Part shown: positions 1-5,973 of the stretch, piece after piece
Layout: every line of letters starts with the position of its first letter
Position numbering within the stretch: position 1 is the first letter of the stretch
Assembly (NCBI GenBank): GCA_001192655.1
Contig: BBVC01000072.1
Coordinates: 1-7,878 of the forward strand
Length of the DNA: 7,878 nucleotides
DNA from: Caedimonas varicaedens
GTDB lineage: Bacteria; Pseudomonadota; Alphaproteobacteria; Caedimonadales; Caedimonadaceae
Reading direction: 5' to 3'
Translations under genes and position numbers: made by a program
The notes under the pieces: generated by a model
What the model saw: the letters and a program-made list of their open reading frames with translations, nothing else
What the model was told of the DNA's origin: nothing
Database searches by the model: none

Positions 1-35
1 GCGGGTCGTAGGTTCGATCCCTACAGCGCCCACCA
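1..35 (+). tRNA. 3' part of a tRNA gene (end of variable region, T-arm, 3' acceptor strand, discriminator A, genome-encoded CCA). The 5' part lies outside the window. Isotype cannot be determined; Lys or Val is a guess.
   Basis: T-stem GTAGG (8-12) pairs with CCTAC (20-24) around the canonical T-loop TTCGATC (13-19). This is followed by a 7-nt acceptor strand AGCGCCC (25-31), A32 and CCA (33-35). Position 70 is C, so a G3:U70 pair (tRNA-Ala or tmRNA-like) is excluded. Confidence 0.8.
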
Positions 36-106
36 GGAAATACAATGTTTCAAGGGATTTTGAATATCCTCCAAAATCAATAAGGCATACGCTGGATATA
101 TTTTAG

Positions 107-129
107 GATGAATATTAAAGTTATTCATC
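107..129. other. AT-rich hairpin or inverted repeat downstream of the tRNA (8-bp stem, 7-nt loop).
   Basis: GATGAATA (107-114) is the exact reverse complement of TATTCATC (122-129); the loop is TTAAAGT. No T-tract follows on either strand, so it is not a canonical intrinsic terminator. Confidence 0.3.
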
Positions 130-268
130 TCTAAATGCTATCGAAAACCCTTGGAGAAGATATAAGTTTGATTGTTTAAAACGGAGAGAAACGAGAGATT
201 TTTAAGTAAGGCGAATAGATTTCTTTGACAGAAGAAGATGCAGTTTGTCGCAATTCTGGATTTTTCTT

Positions 269-1282
269 TCATAACAAAGAAGAAACGCCCTGTGTTGTAG
301 AATATTCAAAATGCCAAATTTCTCCTGGATGGATAAGAGCGCGGGCCGCATGAGCCGTCTGTGCAGCCTCTGCAAATCCTGAGAGGATGAGTTTTAGTTT
401 GTGCGGATAAGTGGCGATATCACCAATGGCAAAAATGCCGGAAATATTGGTGGCACAGGAAGATGGATCAACCGCGATATGATTTCGTTCCAAGTTTAGC
501 CCCCATTGCACAATGGGGCCAAGGTTCATAGACAATCCAAAAAAAGGTAAAAGATAGTCCGCCTCAAGCTTTTTTTCTTCACCTTCTAGTGTTTTCACAA
601 TAACATTCTCCAAAATACCGTTCTCGCCTTCCAAACGATCCAGTTGATAGGGAATGATCAAGTCAATGATCCCTTGTTGTGCCAGTGCGTGAAGACGTGC
701 CTCACTTTCAGGGGCGGCGCGAAATTTGGGACGTCGATGAATAATCATGACTTTAGAGGCTACCTCTGCCAGAGATATAGCCCAATCTACCGCAGAGTCC
801 CCCCCCCCTGCAATGACGACGCGTTTATCCCTGAATTCTTCTCGCGCCTTAATATAGTAAAAAACTGTTTTTCCTTCATACTCTTCCAGATTCGCCAGAG
901 GAGGACGATTAGGACCAAACGCACCGACACCTGCAGCAATAATGATCACTTTCCCATGAATGATGGTTCCATTTGACAAGACAACAGACCAGCGTCCCCC
1001 TTCAACGGGCTGCAACGCTATAACCTGGGATCCCAAATGATATACGGGCTTAAAAGGAGATGCTTGCTCTTTAAGATTATTAATCAATTGCTGTGCCGTT
1101 ATTTTGGGATAGGCTGGAATATCATAGATAGGCTTTTCTGGATATAAGGCAGAACATTGTCCTCCTACCATATCAAGTGTATCAACAACATGGCATTTCA
1201 TGCGCATCATGCCGCACTCAAAAATAGCAAAAAGCCCTACAGGACCTGCGCCGATAATAACAACGTCTGTTGTGGGGATCAT
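269..1282 (-). CDS. Ferredoxin-NADP+ reductase of the thioredoxin-reductase-like (YumC/type 2 FNR) class.
   Basis: 337-aa ORF. It has an N-terminal FAD dinucleotide fold VVIIGAGPVGLFA, the family-typical GGQCSALYPEKPIYDIPAYP block, a second NADPH fold VVIAGGGDSAVDWA, and the FAIGD motif. The redox-active CxxC of true thioredoxin reductases is absent at the equivalent position (VFYYIKAREEF). An AGGAAAG-type SD lies upstream of the ATG at 1282. Confidence 0.9.
   Translation of the reverse strand: MIPTTDVVIIGAGPVGLFAIFECGMMRMKCHVVDTLDMVGGQCSALYPEKPIYDIPAYPKITAQQLINNLKEQASPFKPVYHLGSQVIALQPVEGGRWSVVLSNGTIIHGKVIIIAAGVGAFGPNRPPLANLEEYEGKTVFYYIKAREEFRDKRVVIAGGGDSAVDWAISLAEVASKVMIIHRRPKFRAAPESEARLHALAQQGIIDLIIPYQLDRLEGENGILENVIVKTLEGEEKKLEADYLLPFFGLSMNLGPIVQWGLNLERNHIAVDPSSCATNISGIFAIGDIATYPHKLKLILSGFAEAAQTAHAARALIHPGEIWHFEYSTTQGVSSLL
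799..808 (-). repeat. Homopolymeric tract of 10 C on the + strand (G10 on the coding strand), inside the reductase CDS.
   Basis: Read directly from the sequence. The coding strand is GCA GGG GGG GGG GAC, encoding A-G-G-G-D of the GGGDSA nucleotide-binding motif. Confidence 0.95.
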
Positions 1283-1303
1283 TCTTCTTTCCTTTTATCA
1301 GAT

Positions 1304-2524
1304 TCAGGACATCTTTTGGGATGGTTTTAGCAAAGGAAGCAAGAGAAGAGCAACCCCTGCAATGATTCCGCTGTTGATAAAAGCCCAAACAGGTCCATAG
1401 GTTTGAAAAAGCCATCCCGTTAACGAATTGGAAATAAACAGTGCAACACCACTACTGACATAATAGATTCCAAATCCTGTTCCACGCAGATCTTGAGAGG
1501 TCGTGTCCGCTACCTTGGTCAACAACAGACTTTGATTGATTCCCATCTGAGCCCCCCATAAAGCAGCACCAACAATGACAAAACTGATACCAGTGGCAAA
1601 ACCCAGAAAAAGATTGGAGACAATTGTAAGCGAAAAACCAATACTTAAAAGAATGCGACGATCCAAAGAATCAGAAAGGTACCCTATGGGAAAGGCAGAA
1701 AGCATGGCAAACAGGTTTTGTATAACCATAACAATGGGAACATCTGCTGGAGAAAGCCCCTGCTGTTCTGCTTGCAGGATCATATAAATACCGCTGTAAT
1801 TTGAGACCATGAAAACAGCAGAAACCAGTACAACCATCCAATAAGAGCGCTTTAAATGGGAAATATTTTTGAAGACATCCTTCCACGATGTTTTTGATAA
1901 GGATTTCTCTCTCTTTTGAGAACGCAATTGCGGAGAATCCTGTACAAAAAAGATAAGTGTCACAAGCGCCAGAACCGGTGGGATAGAGGCCAGGAAGAAA
2001 ATAAATTCATAATTATTTCCTGTTCGTCGCATCAAGTACATAACACCTATGGCGCCCAGAAGAGAACCTACCAAACTTAATGTTTGCCTGAGACCATAGC
2101 AGGCGCCTTTCAAATCGTGCGGCGCTACATCTCCCACAAGAGCTTCCCGTGGCGTTGCCTGCAATCCATTGGAGATGCGATCACTTAATCTGGCTCCATA
2201 AATCCAGCCAATATTAGGAGCAAGAGCAAAGATAGGTCGTGAAAGCGCTGTCAGAGAATAGGCAACGATCAGGATTGGTTTGCGTTTATGAAGATAATCA
2301 CTCACAACACCTGCAAAAATACGCGTGAACCAGGAACAGGACTCTATAATTCCTTCAAGTAAACCCAATTCAAATGTCGCCAGACCAAAAACTTGCGTGA
2401 TATAAAGAGGTGAAAGACTAAAGATCACAATGGATGACAAGTTGATCAACAAGGTAACAATCCCAACTGCCCAAATCGTCGAGGGGATTCTTTTCAGCAA
2501 TGACTTTTTGCCTTGATTTGTCAT
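1304..2524 (-). CDS. Major facilitator superfamily (MFS) transporter, substrate unknown.
   Basis: 406-aa ORF that is hydrophobic throughout, with about 12 predicted helices in a 6+6 layout split by a basic central loop (QLRSQKREKSLSKTSWKD). An MFS loop 2-3-like motif GVVSDYLHKRKP is present. It ends 21 nt upstream of the reductase start, which implies co-transcription. Confidence 0.8.
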   Translation of the reverse strand: MTNQGKKSLLKRIPSTIWAVGIVTLLINLSSIVIFSLSPLYITQVFGLATFELGLLEGIIESCSWFTRIFAGVVSDYLHKRKPILIVAYSLTALSRPIFALAPNIGWIYGARLSDRISNGLQATPREALVGDVAPHDLKGACYGLRQTLSLVGSLLGAIGVMYLMRRTGNNYEFIFFLASIPPVLALVTLIFFVQDSPQLRSQKREKSLSKTSWKDVFKNISHLKRSYWMVVLVSAVFMVSNYSGIYMILQAEQQGLSPADVPIVMVIQNLFAMLSAFPIGYLSDSLDRRILLSIGFSLTIVSNLFLGFATGISFVIVGAALWGAQMGINQSLLLTKVADTTSQDLRGTGFGIYYVSSGVALFISNSLTGWLFQTYGPVWAFINSGIIAGVALLLLPLLKPSQKMS

Positions 2525-2684
2525 TTTTTCGCGGATTCTCTCATAATCTTGAAAATAATCTTTATCTTTAATAACAAAAGATCAACTTTTCGGAAAAAGA
2601 TACAGTAGCAAAAAAATTATCTCCAAAGCCACAAAAAGTTTAAAGTAACAAATAATCCTTCAGTTTAAATGCCTTATGGTATTT

Positions 2685-2984
2685 TTAAGCTGCAGCGGTT
2701 ATATCTTTGGAAGACATGTCCTCAACGTCGGGATTATCCGCAGCCATTCCCAGAGCATGAAGATAGACCCCCAGAACTTCTTCCTGTTCAGCGCGCTCAT
2801 CATGATTCATTTTTCGAATTTTAATGACTTGACGCATAATTTTGGGGTCAAATCCATTAGACTTGGCTTCAGCAAACACTTCGCGAATGTCATTGGCGAT
2901 GTTTGCCTTTTCCTCTTCCAATCTTTCAATACGTTCAATATACTGACGCAGTTGACTGCCTGAAACGCCTGCAAAATTTGTCAT
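2685..2984 (-). CDS. gapR: GapR / DUF2312 (UPF0335) nucleoid-associated DNA-binding protein, 99 aa.
   Basis: MTNFAGVSGSQLRQYIERIERLEEEKANIANDIREVFAEAKSNGFDPKIMRQVIKIRKM matches, from memory, the Caulobacter GapR core (QLKSIIDRVERLEVEKAEI..EVYAEAKGNGFDVKVLKKVVRIRKQ). I chose the internal ATG at 2984 because a strong SD, GAGGAGG (2990-2996), lies 5 nt upstream. The 29-codon upstream extension in the ORF track has no SD and runs across the divergent promoter region. Confidence 0.88.
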   Translation of the reverse strand: MTNFAGVSGSQLRQYIERIERLEEEKANIANDIREVFAEAKSNGFDPKIMRQVIKIRKMNHDERAEQEEVLGVYLHALGMAADNPDVEDMSSKDITAAA

Positions 2985-2996
2985 GTTAACCTCCTC

Positions 2997-3024
2997 GTGA
3001 AAATTGAGATGGTTTGACCATAAT
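2997..3024 (+). promoter_or_regulatory. Candidate sigma70-type promoter for the plus-strand eamA-nudix-pyk-abc1 block (GTGAAA-N16-CATAAT).
   Basis: The -35-like GTGAAA is at 2997-3002 and the -10-like CATAAT at 3019-3024, with a 16-nt spacer. It is arranged back-to-back with the gapR promoter candidate. Confidence 0.25.
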
Positions 3025-3045
3025 GCTCTTGTGCGCGTTCTGCAA
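3017..3045 (-). promoter_or_regulatory. Candidate sigma70-type promoter for gapR (TTGCAG-N17-TATGGT on the minus strand).
   Basis: The -35 is the reverse complement of 3040-3045 and the -10 is the reverse complement of 3017-3022, with an exact 17-nt spacer. It sits about 30 nt upstream of the gapR SD. Each hexamer matches the consensus at only 4 of 6 positions. Confidence 0.3.
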
Positions 3046-3050
3046 GAGCA
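3024..3050. promoter_or_regulatory. 8-bp perfect inverted repeat with an 11-nt spacer in the gapR/eamA divergent intergenic region; possible operator or 5' leader hairpin.
   Basis: TGCTCTTG (3024-3031) is the reverse complement of CAAGAGCA (3043-3050). It overlaps the -35 and spacer of the gapR promoter candidate and lies just downstream of the plus-strand -10 candidate. Confidence 0.4.
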
Positions 3051-3082
3051 GTTAAAACGAAAAATCACCAAAGTTGGATAAA

Positions 3083-3988
3083 ATGTTCAAAGCGTTTTCA
3101 AATCGGCTGTTTGACTCGTCCTTCCCCTATGCTTTTTTAGGGGTTATTTTAGGGTCTGCCTTTATTGGAGCATCTCCTATTTTTGTGAGATTGAGCGCAG
3201 TTGATCCTTTTGCTACAGGTTTTTTTCGTTTCTTTTTTGCTTTGCCCTTTCTATGGACATGGATGGTTATTGATACCATGGCCACCAAAGAACCTCGACA
3301 TCCCAAAATGGGAAAGGACTATCTCTTATTGTCCGTAGCAGGAGTGTTTTTTGCTCTTGATATCGCTTTCTGGCATCATTCGCTGCATCATACCAGTGTT
3401 GTCAATTCAACTTTACTGAACAGCATGACGCCCATTTTCGTGACCTTGATTGCCTGGTTTGTCTGGCGGGAAAAAATATCAGGAATCAGCGTTATCGGCG
3501 TTATCTTTGCCATAGCGGGAACATGCCTTCTTGTCCTGGCAGAAGGAAAAATCGGTGAGGTCAAGTTTTTTGGCGACTTCCTGGCACTCATTTCAGCATT
3601 ATTTTTTGCAGGCTATGTCCTGATTGTAAAACACTTACGGGGATATTTTACAGCTCCCACCATTATGGCATGGAGCTCGATGTCCTGCATGTATTGTCTG
3701 GCTATTCTGACATTTTCATGCGAGCAGCACATTATCCCTTCTCATTGGGAAGAGTGGCTCCCCCTTCTGGGGCTTGCTGTGATTGTTCATGCGATGGGAC
3801 AGGGATTGATTGCTGTTTCCCTGAAACATCTTTCTGCTACTTTTTCAGCCATTACCATGATGATAACCCCTGTAGTCTCAGCCCTTCTGGCCTGGGTTTT
3901 ATTTCAGGAACCTTTTACAGGATTAAAAATTGCAGGCGGTTTAATTATTGTTGTGGGGATCATTATTGCACGCCAAAATGAAAAATAA
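3083..3988 (+). CDS. EamA/DMT (drug/metabolite transporter) family permease.
   Basis: About 300 aa with roughly 10 hydrophobic helices arranged as two EamA-like halves. The protein ends in a basic tail (ARQNEK). The start is ambiguous: ATG at 3083 is chosen here, and the ORF track uses TTG at 3074. Neither has a clear SD. Confidence 0.8.
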   Translation: MFKAFSNRLFDSSFPYAFLGVILGSAFIGASPIFVRLSAVDPFATGFFRFFFALPFLWTWMVIDTMATKEPRHPKMGKDYLLLSVAGVFFALDIAFWHHSLHHTSVVNSTLLNSMTPIFVTLIAWFVWREKISGISVIGVIFAIAGTCLLVLAEGKIGEVKFFGDFLALISALFFAGYVLIVKHLRGYFTAPTIMAWSSMSCMYCLAILTFSCEQHIIPSHWEEWLPLLGLAVIVHAMGQGLIAVSLKHLSATFSAITMMITPVVSALLAWVLFQEPFTGLKIAGGLIIVVGIIIARQNEK

Positions 3989-4463
3989 ATTTTATATTTT
4001 ATTGTTAAAAATAGCCCGTTTTCTTTTGGCTATTTATTGGAAATTGACAAAACCTCTTACAATCGGTGTAAGAGCAATAATTCTTGATAAGGAAGAAAAA
4101 TTCTTGCTTGTTCGTCATCGAGAGACAACACAATGGTACTTGCCTGGCGGACAGGTCAATGCAAAAGAAACCCTCATCGAAGCACTCAAAAGAGAAATTA
4201 GAGAAGAAACGGGCATCATGATTGCAAAAGACAGTGGTATAGAAATTTTGGGATGTTATTCTGGTTTTGCAGAAGGAAAAAGCGACCATAGTCTGGTTTT
4301 TGTGATCAGGAATATAGAGCCCATGAACAGTTCTCCGCAGAGCATTGAAATAGATGACTGCTCTTTTTTCGCTTATGAAGAAATTCCGCGCACCGTATCC
4401 CCTGGGACATATCGTAGACTGCGGGAGTATGTAAAAGAGATCCCTATCTCTTATGAATGGTAA
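3978..4463 (+). CDS. NUDIX hydrolase with an N-terminal hydrophobic segment.
   Basis: There is a perfect Nudix box, G-x5-E-x7-R-E-U-x-E-E-x-G-U, as GQVNAKETLIEALKREIREETGI (nt 4149-4217). The ATG at 3978 overlaps the last 11 nt of the EamA gene; the alternative TTG start is at 3948. The N-terminus FYILLLKIARFLLAIYW is hydrophobic. Confidence 0.85.
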   Translation: MKNKFYILLLKIARFLLAIYWKLTKPLTIGVRAIILDKEEKFLLVRHRETTQWYLPGGQVNAKETLIEALKREIREETGIMIAKDSGIEILGCYSGFAEGKSDHSLVFVIRNIEPMNSSPQSIEIDDCSFFAYEEIPRTVSPGTYRRLREYVKEIPISYEW

Positions 4464-4477
4464 AAATTTTAAAATGA

Positions 4478-4497
4478 TCTATTTAGACATAAATAGA
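4478..4497. promoter_or_regulatory. Perfect 8-bp palindrome arms with a 4-nt centre (TCTATTTA-GACA-TAAATAGA) between the NUDIX stop and the pyruvate kinase SD.
   Basis: Read directly: 4478-4485 is the reverse complement of 4490-4497. It lies 8 nt upstream of the AAGGAG SD (4505-4510). Confidence 0.4.
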
Positions 4498-4517
4498 GAA
4501 TATAAAGGAGTTTGAGA

Positions 4518-5966
4518 ATGCGTCGTCATCGTCATGCAAAAATCGTTGCAACACTGGGACCTGCCAGCTCAACGCCTGAGATGATCGAAAAACTTTTCCT
4601 GGCAGGAGTTGATAACTTCCGTCTTAATTTTTCTCATGGTTCTCATGAGGATCACCATGCCTGCTATAACATCATTCGATCCATTGAAAAGGCATATAAC
4701 CGTCCTTTAGGTATTATTGCCGATCTTCAGGGTCCGAAATTAAGAGTAGGCATGTTTGGAGAGAAAGAAATTTTGCTTCAATCAGGGAACTATTTCCGAT
4801 TGGACCTTAATCCAGAAGCTGGTGATGAAAAACGTGTTTGCTTACCCCATCCAGAAATTTTCTCTGCTCTTGAAGAAGGAACGGATCTTTTGCTGGATGA
4901 TGGGAAATTAAGATTACGCGTAGGATCATTTGGAAAAGATTACGCTATAACTCAAGTCATCACGGGGGGCATTCTTTCCAATCGCAAGGGCGTCAATGTT
5001 CCCCATGTTGCCCTTCCCATTTCTCCTCTCACAGAAAAAGATCGCCGGGATCTGGATTTTGTCATGGGAATAGGCGTTGACTGGATTGCACTCTCTTTTG
5101 TGCAGCGTCCTGAAGACGTGGAAGAATTGCGGGGGCTTGTTGGAAAAAAAGCAGGCATTATTTCCAAACTCGAAAAACCCATGGCGATGACGTATCTTGA
5201 GGATATTATCCGCCTTTCAGACGCTGTGATGGTAGCGCGAGGAGATCTGGGCGTTGAGATGGCGCCCGAAGAGGTGCCAAGCGCTCAGAAAAAAATTATC
5301 AAGTCATGTCGCGCTATAGGGCGACCTGTGATTGTAGCGACTCAAATGCTTGACTCGATGGTTCATACACCTGTCCCTACCCGAGCCGAGGCATCTGATG
5401 TAGCAACAGCCATTTATGATGGTGTTGATGCCGTCATGTTATCCGCAGAATCTGCTTCCGGCACATATCCTATAGAATCTGTCACCATGATGAATCGCAT
5501 CATTGAGTGTGTTGAGCAAGATCCTCTCTATCGATCAATGTTGATTACTTCCCATACAGAGGCAGAAGCCACACCGTCAGATGCCATTACAGCCGCCGCA
5601 CGTCAGGTGGCGCATACCCTTTCCTCAAAAGTCATCGCGACACTTACCAATTCAGGATCAACAACGCTGCGTGCCGCTCGCGAGCGTCCCATGGCATCCA
5701 TTTTGGGGCTGACTCCTAATCTGGCAACCGCCCGGCGTCTTACGCTAGTGTGGGGAACTCACCCCGTTGTGATTGAGGAATCAGGATCTATCAATGAAAC
5801 TTTCAAACGCGCCTCTGAAATTGTTCAGCAAGAAGGCTTTGCAGAAACAGGAGATGAAGTGGTTATTACAGCCGCCGCCGCGCAACTGCAAAAATCTGGT
5901 CCCTTTATGGTTTTCAAAACGGGATCGACCCGATTATTGCGTATTATGAAAATTGGTGACGATTGA
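4518..5966 (+). CDS. pyk: Pyruvate kinase.
   Basis: 482 aa. Canonical blocks are present: KIVATLGPAS, FRLNFSHG, ADLQGPKLR, MVARGDLGVE, ATQMLDSM and VMLSAESA(S)G. The ATG at 4518 is preceded by AAGGAG (4505-4510) at a 7-nt spacing; the track start, TTG at 4512, is unlikely. Confidence 0.93.
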   Translation: MRRHRHAKIVATLGPASSTPEMIEKLFLAGVDNFRLNFSHGSHEDHHACYNIIRSIEKAYNRPLGIIADLQGPKLRVGMFGEKEILLQSGNYFRLDLNPEAGDEKRVCLPHPEIFSALEEGTDLLLDDGKLRLRVGSFGKDYAITQVITGGILSNRKGVNVPHVALPISPLTEKDRRDLDFVMGIGVDWIALSFVQRPEDVEELRGLVGKKAGIISKLEKPMAMTYLEDIIRLSDAVMVARGDLGVEMAPEEVPSAQKKIIKSCRAIGRPVIVATQMLDSMVHTPVPTRAEASDVATAIYDGVDAVMLSAESASGTYPIESVTMMNRIIECVEQDPLYRSMLITSHTEAEATPSDAITAAARQVAHTLSSKVIATLTNSGSTTLRAARERPMASILGLTPNLATARRLTLVWGTHPVVIEESGSINETFKRASEIVQQEGFAETGDEVVITAAAAQLQKSGPFMVFKTGSTRLLRIMKIGDD

Positions 5967-5973
5967 GTTTTTT

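Noticed and set aside
36-268. Possible genomic island or integrase attachment site next to the tRNA 3' end.
   Set aside because: No integrase gene is present and no direct repeat of the tRNA 3' end occurs anywhere in the window. The adjacent genes are housekeeping with uniform composition. Only one AT-rich hairpin is seen (107-129).
644-976. 110-aa plus-strand ORF inside the reductase gene. The same applies to the other track ORFs at 1200-1400 (+), 1218-1415 (-), 1575-1787 (+), 1671-1886 (-), 2676-2963 (+), 3388-3591 (-), 3670-3981 (+), 4005-4289 (-), 4952-5182 (-), 6217-6447 (-), 6668-6892 (+) and 6865-7218 (-).
   Set aside because: All lie entirely within, or overlap only the adjoining gap of, confidently recognised genes, either antisense or in another frame. 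Their translations are Cys/Arg/Phe-rich or low-complexity with no recognisable motifs and no SD. They are typical shadow ORFs.
2985-3071. 29-codon N-terminal extension of the gapR ORF (MVIFRFNCSCRTRTRALWSNHLNFHEEVN).
   Set aside because: The extension has no SD and does not match the GapR family. It spans the divergent promoter region. The internal ATG at 2984 has a strong GAGGAGG SD at ideal spacing.
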